A stretch of 64,000 bases of DNA from Lachnospiraceae bacterium (GTDB lineage: Bacteria > Bacillota > Clostridia > Lachnospirales > Lachnospiraceae). This document shows, piece after piece, positions 10,232 through 18,796 of this stretch (positions within the stretch are counted from its first letter, which is position 1; the number at the start of each line of letters is the position of its first letter). The notes beneath the pieces are model-generated. The model searched no databases, had not been told where the DNA came from, and worked only from the letters and a program-made list of their open reading frames with translations. Both the position numbers and the translations under genes were made by a program. Location of the stretch: NCBI GenBank assembly GCA_017521605.1, contig JAFXCD010000037.1:4002-68001 (forward strand), written 5' to 3'.

Positions 10232-10816
10232 CTACTTTAACAATTTCACTATTTTATCTCTATTCTTTCCAAGCTTCATAAAGGTAGGAAGCTCATCTGC
10301 TTGTGTCCGCCTGCCTGTAACAGGGTCTTCCCTTAGGTCTGCGCTCAGATACTCTATCAGATAAGCCAGATGCTCTCTGTTTAAAGCCCATACCGGTTTG
10401 CCGTCAAAAGAAGATAAAAACCAAAGTTCTAAACCAAATATGGATTCATACCCGTTTTGCACTTGCTCGTAATAGCCACCATACCCTTTTTTCTTTTTTT
10501 GAACCTTTCCCGGCATTTTATGCCCACAATAAGAACATTTCACCCAAAGGGCAGGATAATTCTTTTCTGTTTCCTTTTTGATATCCACTCTATAATACCT
10601 TCCGCAATTTTCACAATGATTTTCTACATCATACTCATAGCAGAAGTGCTCGGTCTTCATGGATTTATTACAGCCTGTACATACAAATTGATAAATCCCC
10701 TCTTGCCTCGTTACAATGCCTCGTTTGTTGCAATTAGGACATTTCACATCAATCCCTGTACGCATAACCCAATGTACTGAATATTTACCATATTCTTCAT
10801 CTACAAAACGTTTCAT
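10232..10816 (-). CDS. Multi-zinc-ribbon hypothetical protein
   Basis: Four CxxC pairs; C-terminal LWF...VWALNREHL...LPTFMK domain. Confidence 0.75.
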   Translation of the reverse strand: MKRFVDEEYGKYSVHWVMRTGIDVKCPNCNKRGIVTRQEGIYQFVCTGCNKSMKTEHFCYEYDVENHCENCGRYYRVDIKKETEKNYPALWVKCSYCGHKMPGKVQKKKKGYGGYYEQVQNGYESIFGLELWFLSSFDGKPVWALNREHLAYLIEYLSADLREDPVTGRRTQADELPTFMKLGKNRDKIVKLLK

Positions 10817-10863
10817 AAGTATTTTCCTTCCCTATTCAAGCCCTTCCTAAATTCTAAAAGCAT

Positions 10864-11226
10864 CTACTTTTTCACCTTAAATTGTTGTGTTAAATCTGCT
10901 CTACAATAGGGGCAGTTTTTTACCAAAATCGGCATACAAACCGTTGCCGTACCGCCACATACATCTTTTGAAGGAAGCTTCTCTTTACACGCAGGACATT
11001 TCCAGCACACAATTATTACTGAATGAAACAGGGCAATCAAACAAACCACCAGACCAATGCTATAAATAGCACTCGTAACATTGTTGATATGTATCAAAGC
11101 AATACCCCCAAAACACCATATAAGAGATGCAAGTATAACAAACCCTCTTTTTCTATTCCATGATTTATAAGCAAATCCTTGTTTGATTGCTTTAATTTCT
11201 TCTTTTGAAAGCTTCAAATTATCCAT
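10864..11226 (-). CDS. Two-TM protein with C-terminal zinc ribbon
   Basis: RBS AGGAGG before the ATG at 11226; WKCPAC...CPYC. Confidence 0.7.
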   Translation of the reverse strand: MDNLKLSKEEIKAIKQGFAYKSWNRKRGFVILASLIWCFGGIALIHINNVTSAIYSIGLVVCLIALFHSVIIVCWKCPACKEKLPSKDVCGGTATVCMPILVKNCPYCRADLTQQFKVKK

Positions 11227-11284
11227 CCCGATTCCTCCTGTTTCTACCCAACGCAAAATTGAACCTTATATATTGGCTTCATAA

Positions 11285-11608
11285 CTATATTTCCTTTCGC
11301 TTTACATCATTTATCAATTCAGCAATCATATCCTTCGCTTCATACAAAGCTTCTAAATAGGAACGTTCCAGCTCCTTATGCAGATCAAAAACATCTGATT
11401 CAAGCCTATAACCTCGTTGAGAACTGTCTTTATAGGAAACCATCCCAACCTCCTTACTCCCATGATAAATTCTGCAAGGAACAACCGGTCCAAATCCATA
11501 CTCGCATGACAAATAATCAAACTCATCACAACAAGGACAGAATACCATAAGATTAGCAAATCCTTCATATTCGTATTCAAAATTACATTTTTTGCACTGT
11601 TTTTTCAT
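11285..11608 (-). CDS. Small zinc-ribbon hypothetical protein
   Basis: CKKC...CPCC; 107 aa. Confidence 0.65.
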   Translation of the reverse strand: MKKQCKKCNFEYEYEGFANLMVFCPCCDEFDYLSCEYGFGPVVPCRIYHGSKEVGMVSYKDSSQRGYRLESDVFDLHKELERSYLEALYEAKDMIAELINDVKRKEI

Positions 11609-11614
11609 CTTTTC

Positions 11615-12079
11615 CTAACTGTTTTTGCTTAACTTAATTCGCTCAATCCCTTTACATTCTACATTATAATTTCCTGCTTCTACTTTTAATTCTAACACTT
11701 TCTCCATCTCCAAATCAGGATATAACAAGCATTGAATCAGTTCTCCAGCATTCACCAAAACCATTTTCCCAGACGGCACACTAATGCATGTACCATCGCA
11801 ATACTCAACAAATTCGATTTCACAATTCTCTATATCTTTATCACCCAAAAGTACAAACATTTTACCTTCATTACAAAAATCTTTTATAAGTTTGTTTTCT
11901 CTCTCCCAGACAGTTACCCAATCTTCTCCTGGAAAATCATATATCAGTTCTGTTCTTCCCTCTCGGTCTAACATAATTTCAAAAGAATATAGCATATCCT
12001 CGTTCAATTCCTCAAAGTAAACTTCATCCATCAACACTAGTCCGTCTGGCAGATTGTCACATATATAATCAAATTTCAT
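11615..12079 (-). CDS. Acidic hypothetical protein
   Basis: Start MKFDY behind GAAGGA; array context. Confidence 0.7.
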   Translation of the reverse strand: MKFDYICDNLPDGLVLMDEVYFEELNEDMLYSFEIMLDREGRTELIYDFPGEDWVTVWERENKLIKDFCNEGKMFVLLGDKDIENCEIEFVEYCDGTCISVPSGKMVLVNAGELIQCLLYPDLEMEKVLELKVEAGNYNVECKGIERIKLSKNS

Positions 12080-12118
12080 ATGTTCCTTCTCCATTTTCCT
12101 GCTATTCATAAACTTTTG

Positions 12119-12152
12119 TACATACTTTCAACCTATCTATAAGTTTGAAAGT
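12119..12152. repeat. 11-7-11 imperfect inverted-repeat site (candidate recombination site), copy 1
   Basis: ACTTTCAACCT-ATCTATA-AGTTTGAAAGT, arms 10/11 complementary; 26/28 identical to 32559-32586. Confidence 0.7.
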
Positions 12153-12158
12153 CAACAA

Positions 12159-12701
12159 CTATTCATATACATAATCCTTGAAATAATCTGTTTCGTCCTG
12201 ATAATCCAACCATAACTCAAACCAGCCCAAAAAGTCCTGCCGTTCACAACATGGTTGAACACCTACATCAGTAAAATGCCATACTTCGCCTCGGCATTTG
12301 CCTGTTACAATCAAATTATAACTCATACCATCACCAATATTTATGAGTTCGATTTCACCTTTATAAACATTATCTTTTACTTCTTGACTAATTACGCTTG
12401 AAGGTCTATCATCATTTTCCCATACCCATGCTTCTTCAATCATAAAAGGACAAGATAAATCTTGCATTTCTATATCTTGTAAGCATTTGAGTCGAAAACC
12501 ATCAACCATACTGCTACAACCATTTCCAATACACGTTAAAAACAAACGATATGCTTGCGGTAATTGAATTTTACAGTTTTCCTCAAACGCTATAATAACT
12601 TCTTCTGAAAGGCACTCCCCCAGCTCGATGTTTCTTTCAACCACTTTTTTCTTAATACGAGCTATTACTTCCTCATAATCCTTCGTCTCATAAATCGGCA
12701 T
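12159..12701 (-). CDS. SMI1/KNR4 (SUKH) immunity protein
   Basis: SEEVIIAFEENCKIQLPQAYRLFLTCIGNG; LIVTGKCRGEVW; FLGWFELWLD. Confidence 0.9.
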   Translation of the reverse strand: MPIYETKDYEEVIARIKKKVVERNIELGECLSEEVIIAFEENCKIQLPQAYRLFLTCIGNGCSSMVDGFRLKCLQDIEMQDLSCPFMIEEAWVWENDDRPSSVISQEVKDNVYKGEIELINIGDGMSYNLIVTGKCRGEVWHFTDVGVQPCCERQDFLGWFELWLDYQDETDYFKDYVYE

Positions 12702-12715
12702 CCCTTTCCTCCCTC

Positions 12716-12771
12716 AACTTCAAGTTTTATTCTCTATCTCGCCATGCCGCCAGGTTCGCAAGACTGAAATT
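12716..12771. repeat. Junction site, long variant containing a REP-like fragment
   Basis: AACTTCAAGTT...AGACTGAAATT arms; 12741-12762 matches the reverse complement of 29798-29819 at 20/22. Confidence 0.55.
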
Positions 12772-13264
12772 ACGGTCCATATTGCACATGGGCATTCTCA
12801 TCTTCAGCCAACCATATTGTGGTAGCTCTTGCTTCAACATTTTCTTTATCCAGCCAGACATTTGCATACCATTCATTTTCCTCATTATGTTGCACTTCAT
12901 TCCTATACCAGAAATCTACCCGGGGTCCCCATTGGTGTGTCTTAAAAATAGAATATGTAAAATGCTTTACACCTTCTGGTGTATTCACATCATATGATAT
13001 GGTATTCATGCCATAACGAAACGCCTCAATATATACAACGACTTCATTCGCTTTATTAACCACGCGAATCTTTTGGGGTTCACCAATTCCGTATATACAA
13101 GTGATATTTTCAGGTATTACATACTCACCATCAACTTTTACACTCATTTCAACTTTAAGGCATTTCCCAATATACAATCTGCTAAACGGCAGACACAAAA
13201 TCAATCCTATAATAGCGATAAAAACACCGCTGACAATCCTTAAAATCTTAGTTCCCTTTTTCAT
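12770..13264 (-). CDS. N-terminally membrane-anchored hypothetical protein
   Basis: One TM helix then a beta-rich domain; RBS GGAG. Confidence 0.7.
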   Translation of the reverse strand: MKKGTKILRIVSGVFIAIIGLILCLPFSRLYIGKCLKVEMSVKVDGEYVIPENITCIYGIGEPQKIRVVNKANEVVVYIEAFRYGMNTISYDVNTPEGVKHFTYSIFKTHQWGPRVDFWYRNEVQHNEENEWYANVWLDKENVEARATTIWLAEDENAHVQYGP

Positions 13265-13286
13265 TATTGTATATCTCCATTCTTAG

Positions 13287-13332
13287 AACTTCAAATCGTC
13301 TTATGCTTCCGACTCACCGGAAGCCTGAAATT
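13287..13332. repeat. Junction site with internal hairpin
   Basis: AACTTCAAATC...GCTTCCG/CGGAAGC hairpin...AGCCTGAAATT. Confidence 0.55.
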
Positions 13333-13342
13333 TCCTTTGCTT

Positions 13343-13969
13343 TCAATCCTGTAAATAACACCAATGCTCCTTGTTGTGTATATAAGCACCATTACCTTCT
13401 ATATCCCTTTTTACACAACCCCATTTTTCTCTGTATAGAGACCTTGGAACAATGGCAAATGGTTCAATAAGCGGTTCTCTCCCTTCGATGATCTCTTTCA
13501 TGGATGTTGAGCATTCTGAACCTTCCCATCCTGTCTGTATACAACATACATTACCATGACTCCAAATATCAATAGCGAGTTGCTCTATCAACTTCATTTT
13601 ATCCTTTTTTGATATAATATCATACAACTTAGTATCTTGAAGCAAATCAGCTTCCGGAATGATCAGAAAGAAACTAATTACATCCTCCCCACGAACATTC
13701 AATATAAAGAAACGCACTTCTGAAAAATCATGAAAGTCAAACAACATCTGCTTATAATCATGTGAATAATGTTCCGCATCCCCCAATTCAAAATCTTCAT
13801 CAAATTTACTCTGATTCCAGGCAATAATATCATCCCATGTATCATTTTCTGAATTGTAATATCCACTCTTGAACTTTAATCCACAGTCCAGTAGTGCATT
13901 ATAGATTTCACTTAAATTCCTTATATCATCTTTCTTATATTGAAAATCAACCGAGAAATATGCCGGCAT
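13343..13969 (-). CDS. Acidic hypothetical protein
   Basis: 208 aa, RBS AGGAGGGAG; array context. Confidence 0.7.
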   Translation of the reverse strand: MPAYFSVDFQYKKDDIRNLSEIYNALLDCGLKFKSGYYNSENDTWDDIIAWNQSKFDEDFELGDAEHYSHDYKQMLFDFHDFSEVRFFILNVRGEDVISFFLIIPEADLLQDTKLYDIISKKDKMKLIEQLAIDIWSHGNVCCIQTGWEGSECSTSMKEIIEGREPLIEPFAIVPRSLYREKWGCVKRDIEGNGAYIHNKEHWCYLQD

Positions 13970-13994
13970 TTTACTCCCTCCTTATCAGCAAAGT

Positions 13995-14498
13995 TCAACT
14001 ATTCCTTCTATATATCTCAAACCCATTTGCTTCCTTACATGCTGCTGCCTCAATGACATTTTGATAGTCAATTGGCAGAACCTTTCCTATTTGATCAAAC
14101 AAAAATTTTTGATAACATCTATGTTCAGCGCTGATAGAAATTGCAGTATCATCTCCTACATATATCGCCAATATCATTCCATCATAACCCAAACCTTTTG
14201 TTAACAAAGCGATTTCTTCTATTGCTTCCAAAGAATAAACATATTCTTGTTTTTCAATACATGCACATATCTCAGTTTCTTTAAGAACCAAAGAATCTTC
14301 AATCCCTATTTGCAAAAGTGTCATTGGTTCTCTCGTTAATATATCAATAGAATTACTAAATTCATCAGACAGCAAATAATCATATGCTCGTTGATAGTCA
14401 TCCTCACAGCGTTTCAATGCTTTATAGCATAACAGCAGACCAACTTGTGTTTCTTTACTTAATGCTTTTGCCTTTTCCTTTGTAGCATATTTGTTCAA
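13995..14498 (-). CDS. Protein with N-terminal EF-Ts-like UBA helices
   Basis: KALSKETQVGLLLCYKALKRCEDDYQRAYDYL resembles the EF-Ts N-domain; TTG start behind GGGGAG. Confidence 0.6.
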   Translation of the reverse strand: MNKYATKEKAKALSKETQVGLLLCYKALKRCEDDYQRAYDYLLSDEFSNSIDILTREPMTLLQIGIEDSLVLKETEICACIEKQEYVYSLEAIEEIALLTKGLGYDGMILAIYVGDDTAISISAEHRCYQKFLFDQIGKVLPIDYQNVIEAAACKEANGFEIYRRNS

Positions 14499-14512
14499 CG
14501 TACTCCCCCCAT

Positions 14513-14540
14513 AATTTCAAATCTTATGAAGTCTAAAATT
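14513..14540. repeat. Junction site, short 11-6-11 variant
   Basis: AATTTCAAATC-TTATGA-AGTCTAAAATT. Confidence 0.5.
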
Positions 14541-14609
14541 TATTCTACACCCCATGCATATCACAAGAATTAATATTACTAATCCCCTAACTCCATATTT
14601 CAGCACCAA
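14517..14609 (-). pseudogene. Signal-peptide-only gene remnant
   Basis: GGAGG plus TTG, MVLKYGVRGLVILILVICMGC..., then reads into the junction site and stops. Confidence 0.45.
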
Positions 14610-14646
14610 AATTCGCTCCTCCGTTTACATAATTCGTTATAAGCCA

Positions 14647-15435
14647 TTACCGGATTTTCTCCATATAAATTTCCTTCGTGTTATCATCCACCTCAAACTC
14701 TTCTGCTGAAACCCTTATCAATCTGGTTCCCACAGGAGCGGTTATGTGTTTCCAGATAGCACCGTCGTACTGCATTACGGAGTGTATACTCATCAATTGA
14801 ATATTACGATAATCTTCTGTATACTCATCATCTTCATTACCTGCCATAAATACCCAACCACTATCATTTTCCTGTACCACTTCGTCACGGTACATATATC
14901 CGATTTTCCAACCCTCGTCCATGATTCTCTTGGATACATAAGCAACCTGCCCCAGAAGTGTCTTTCGTTCTCTCATGTCATCATAGTCGTGTGCATTGGA
15001 AACAAATTCCTTTACCATGGCAGCATCTGCTTCTTTATCCGTATCCATGCGTTCAATGTCCGCGTCCCATATGCTCTTATCATCTGCCTCGTTCCTAAGC
15101 AGAACTGCCAGGGATAAAATCTCCTCCTCCGTTACATCTAGGTAAGATTCTATCTTCTGAGGAACTGCCTTTCCCTGCTCACCATACACATAAATAAGTA
15201 GCCCTCCATCATTGTAAAGTGTGGTCTTGACCGCACCCATATTTGCCTCATCATTATAAAACATCATAAAATCGGAAACTTTCTCATTCACATACCAATC
15301 AAACTCTGTCCCATTCTTCCCATTCATGTAATACACAGCACCATTATCTTCCAAATCAGATAAGTGAATCTGAGGCAGATACTCCTTCACACTATCCAGC
15401 ATTACTTTCTTAATTTCCAAAAGAATTCTATTCAT
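14647..15435 (-). CDS. DUF2185 (Imm33-like) domain protein
   Basis: VSKRIMDEGWKIGYMYRDE...DSGWVFMAGNEDDEY. Confidence 0.85.
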   Translation of the reverse strand: MNRILLEIKKVMLDSVKEYLPQIHLSDLEDNGAVYYMNGKNGTEFDWYVNEKVSDFMMFYNDEANMGAVKTTLYNDGGLLIYVYGEQGKAVPQKIESYLDVTEEEILSLAVLLRNEADDKSIWDADIERMDTDKEADAAMVKEFVSNAHDYDDMRERKTLLGQVAYVSKRIMDEGWKIGYMYRDEVVQENDSGWVFMAGNEDDEYTEDYRNIQLMSIHSVMQYDGAIWKHITAPVGTRLIRVSAEEFEVDDNTKEIYMEKIR

Positions 15436-15451
15436 TTCAGTTCAACCTTCT

Positions 15452-15925
15452 TTAATCATTCTTATCACAATTCGCTGCATCAATGGCAATCACCAGCATG
15501 ATTCCTTCCAGTTCATCTCTCTCGTCCACAATATCGATGGTATAGGTATCACCCCAGGAAAGCCACTGCTTGCTTACATGCATTACTGTTCTCTTACCGG
15601 AATACACCTCATAATTCCAACCCAGCATATCTCCTTCCGCATGCCAACCGTTATAATCAATATCATACTTGGGCACAAAAAAAGTAACCTGCTTCTTTAT
15701 GGTCCCCCACACTCTTCCTTCCACACTAATTTCAAATCTGGGCACTAAAGTCAGTAGCTTTTGACTGATCTGGCCAACTTCTTTTCCTGAAGCATCATAT
15801 ACATGAAGCCGATGTCCCAAAGCAAAAATCTCCGCCTTCACCACATACTTCACATTACCTGCCTCATCATAGACATCATAGGTGTCACCCCATGCAAATA
15901 CTCTCTGTTTGATTAATAGTCTCAT
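15452..15925 (-). CDS. LURP-one/Tubby C-terminal-like protein
   Basis: MRLLIKQRVFAWGDTYDVYD, SKQWLSWGDTY, LVIAID; RBS AGGAGG. Confidence 0.85.
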   Translation of the reverse strand: MRLLIKQRVFAWGDTYDVYDEAGNVKYVVKAEIFALGHRLHVYDASGKEVGQISQKLLTLVPRFEISVEGRVWGTIKKQVTFFVPKYDIDYNGWHAEGDMLGWNYEVYSGKRTVMHVSKQWLSWGDTYTIDIVDERDELEGIMLVIAIDAANCDKND

Positions 15926-16000
15926 AAGATCCCTCCTTGTTGTAGGCATAATTCCACCATCTACTACCATTGTATTCTCTTTCACACTTTGTATCAATAC

Positions 16001-16049
16001 AAAAATAAGCACGAACCCACATGTTAATGTGCCTCTCGTGCTTATTTTT
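16001..16049 (-). terminator. Intrinsic terminator after ftsH
   Basis: AAAAATAAGCACGA / TCGTGCTTATTTTT inverted repeat. Confidence 0.7.
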
Positions 16050-16075
16050 ATTATATTGTAACTATTCAAAGTTAC

Positions 16076-18262
16076 TTATATCCTTCCATTAGAGAAACGT
16101 CCTACGCTTCCATCCTTGGGAGTATCTTCCGGCTCCGGATTCTCCTCAGGAGTTTCCTCCTGCGCAGCTTCCTCTGTATTTTCTGCGGTAGTCTCCTCCT
16201 TAGAAGCTTCTTCCTGCTCTTTCACAGTCTGAGATTCATCAGTTATCGTTACATCCACAGCAGCTGCCTTCTCGTCAGTTTCCGACTCCTTTGCCTCTTT
16301 CTCGCCTTCCGCCTCAGACTTTTCGTCGTCCTTCTTCTCATTCTTTTCTTCCGGCTCAGGCAATCCCTTTTCCTTGCGGAAAATCTGCATGAATTCCTTG
16401 CCGGTGATGGTTTCTTTCTCAATCAGGAACTCTGCCAGCTTATCCATCAGCTCTCTGTTTTCACGCAAAAGCTCCAGCGCTTTTTCATAGCTTTCTTTCA
16501 GCAAATTCACTACTTCCGTATCAATCTCTGCCGCTGTAGCATCACTACAGTTCAGATGTGCAGAACCATCCAGATAACGGCTTTCCACGGTAGCCAGACC
16601 GATGAGACCAAACTTCTTGCTCATACCATACTGGGTAATCATGGCCTTGGCAATACTTGTTGCCTTTTCGATATCGTTGGAAGCACCGGTGGTTACTGTA
16701 TCAAATACAATTTCCTCTGCTGCACGGCCTGCCAGTAAGCCTACCAGCATATCACGCAGCTCTGCTTCCGTATTCAGATATTTCTCTTCCTCCGGCACAT
16801 GCATTACATATCCCAAAGCACCCATGGTACGGGGTACGATGGTAATCTTCTGTACGGGCTCAGAATTCTTTTGCAAAGCACTTACCAGTGCATGACCCAC
16901 CTCATGGTAAGAAACGATTCTACGTTCTTCCTTACTCATGATACGGTCCTTCTTTTCCTTACCTACCAGCACCTGTTCCACTGCCACGAACAAATCCTGC
17001 TGGCTTACAAATTCACGCTTTTCCTTAACTGCATTGATAGCAGCTTCATTTATCATATTAGCCAGGTCAGAACCTACCGCTCCACTGGTTGCCAGTGCAA
17101 TCTCTTCCAAATCCACGGTTTCGTCCATCTTTACATCCTTGGCATGAACCTTCAAAATTTCCACACGGCCCTTTAAGTCCGGCTTATCCACAATGATTCT
17201 TCTATCGAAACGACCGGGTCTTAAAAGTGCCTTGTCCAGAATCTCCGGACGGTTAGTTGCCGCCAGAATCAATACTCCCTTGGAGCTGTCGAAACCATCC
17301 ATCTCCGACAGTAGCTGGTTTAAGGTCTGTTCACGTTCTTCGTTACCGCCGCCGTACTTAGAGTCACGGCTACGACCGATAGCATCTATTTCATCGATAA
17401 ATATAATACAGGGAGCATTCTTAGAAGCTTCCTTAAACAAATCCCTAACACGGCTGGCACCTACACCTACATACAGCTCGATAAAATCAGAACCTGTCAG
17501 CGAAAAGAAGGGTACATGGGCTTCACCTGCCACCGCCTTTGCCAGCAGGGTTTTACCGGTACCGGGAGGGCCTACCAAAAGCGCACCCTTGGGCAGCTTC
17601 GCACCAATCTTGGTATATTTACCGGGATTATGCAGGAAATCCACCACTTCCTTCAGGGATTCCATAGCTTCGTCTTCACCCGCCACGTCCTTAAAGGTCA
17701 CTCCTGTTTCCTTCTGTACATATACCTTGGCATTACTCTTGCCCACACCCATGGGACCACCACTGCCACCGCTCATTCTACGGAACAAAAAGCCCAACAG
17801 GATCCACATCAGTATCAGAGGTAATACCACTGTCAGCAACACGTTCATAATCATGTCCATGGCACTGGAGGATACACCGTTAATATCCACGCCCTTTTCA
17901 ATGGCCCTCTGGGTTACCGTTGTATGATCTTCTATTAACAGAGTATGATATATCTTTGTAGCCCTACTACCATATATTGCAAACAAATTGGTAGGTTTAT
18001 CAGTCTCTGTTTCTTTCAGCTTGTACTTTACAGTGCTATTGGTAATCTCAATAGCATCTATCTTCCCGGCCTCCAAATCAGTAACAAACTGACTATAAGT
18101 CACCTCTTCCTCTGTACCGGCTCCCCCGGTAAACATAGACCAGCATGCAGAAAGCATCAGAATGGTGATTAGCACAGTCAAAAGTATCATCATAGGACTG
18201 GGTTTCTTTTGATTCTGATTCTGGTTATTACCACTTCTATTATTGTTATTACGACTATCCAT
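16076..18262 (-). CDS. ftsH: ATP-dependent zinc metalloprotease FtsH
   Basis: Two TM helices, GPPGTGKT, IFIDEID, RPGRFDR, HEVGH. Confidence 0.98.
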   Translation of the reverse strand: MDSRNNNNRSGNNQNQNQKKPSPMMILLTVLITILMLSACWSMFTGGAGTEEEVTYSQFVTDLEAGKIDAIEITNSTVKYKLKETETDKPTNLFAIYGSRATKIYHTLLIEDHTTVTQRAIEKGVDINGVSSSAMDMIMNVLLTVVLPLILMWILLGFLFRRMSGGSGGPMGVGKSNAKVYVQKETGVTFKDVAGEDEAMESLKEVVDFLHNPGKYTKIGAKLPKGALLVGPPGTGKTLLAKAVAGEAHVPFFSLTGSDFIELYVGVGASRVRDLFKEASKNAPCIIFIDEIDAIGRSRDSKYGGGNEEREQTLNQLLSEMDGFDSSKGVLILAATNRPEILDKALLRPGRFDRRIIVDKPDLKGRVEILKVHAKDVKMDETVDLEEIALATSGAVGSDLANMINEAAINAVKEKREFVSQQDLFVAVEQVLVGKEKKDRIMSKEERRIVSYHEVGHALVSALQKNSEPVQKITIVPRTMGALGYVMHVPEEEKYLNTEAELRDMLVGLLAGRAAEEIVFDTVTTGASNDIEKATSIAKAMITQYGMSKKFGLIGLATVESRYLDGSAHLNCSDATAAEIDTEVVNLLKESYEKALELLRENRELMDKLAEFLIEKETITGKEFMQIFRKEKGLPEPEEKNEKKDDEKSEAEGEKEAKESETDEKAAAVDVTITDESQTVKEQEEASKEETTAENTEEAAQEETPEENPEPEDTPKDGSVGRFSNGRI

Positions 18263-18390
18263 TATAAACTCCTTGTAAAAAGTATCTTCTTCGTATTATA
18301 GCATGATACTTTACATTGTAACTATTTTTTGAAGCAGAATCAATAGAATAAATGTGAAATCCTGTACACATATCTAAAAGATTTCTAAAA

Positions 18391-18717
18391 TTATGACAAA
18401 TATTGCTGGATCTTTGCTTCCAAATCACTTGCAGACATACCTCCAACATGGGTTTCAACTGCTTCACCGTTTTTGAAAAAAATAAAGGTAGGGATATTCA
18501 TCACACGATATTTCTGCGCAATATCCATGGAATCTTCCACATCCAGCTTACCAATTTTCATCTGACCCTCATACTTTTCAGCCATCTTTTCCACCAATGG
18601 TGCCATCATTTTGCAGGGTCCGCACCAGCTTGCAAAAAAATCTACTAACACCGGAATCTCTGACTCCAATACTTCACTTTGAAAATTTGTTGAATCAAAA
18701 AACATAATCTCATCCAT
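18391..18717 (-). CDS. trxA: Thioredoxin
   Basis: WCGPC active site. Confidence 0.93.
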   Translation of the reverse strand: MDEIMFFDSTNFQSEVLESEIPVLVDFFASWCGPCKMMAPLVEKMAEKYEGQMKIGKLDVEDSMDIAQKYRVMNIPTFIFFKNGEAVETHVGGMSASDLEAKIQQYLS

Positions 18718-18796
18718 CCTTTCTGTTTTTATACTTAGTATTCCTTAATATTTCCACAGCTATTCAAAGCCGCTTATTCACAACAGTGACGAATTG

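Noticed and set aside
10217-10234. Possible premature TAG (LK*MQEK*) in the zinc-ribbon gene
   Set aside because: It would remove only about five residues and cannot be distinguished from a natural end.
12124-14540. Classical integron attC sites
   Set aside because: The arms do not fit RYYYAAC/GTTRRRY, and no intI gene is in the window.
16076-16370. Acidic low-complexity FtsH tail (and the Arg-rich tail of the carboxypeptidase)
   Set aside because: Disordered charged tails are common on these proteins and nothing else supports novelty.
17193-17927. Long antisense ORFs over ftsH and other core genes
   Set aside because: Typical codon-bias shadows with no RBS or motifs.
18730-18766. Sporulation sigma-like promoter before trxA (and before the ytvI-like gene)
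   Set aside because: Short AT-rich matches are too weak to call without TSS data.
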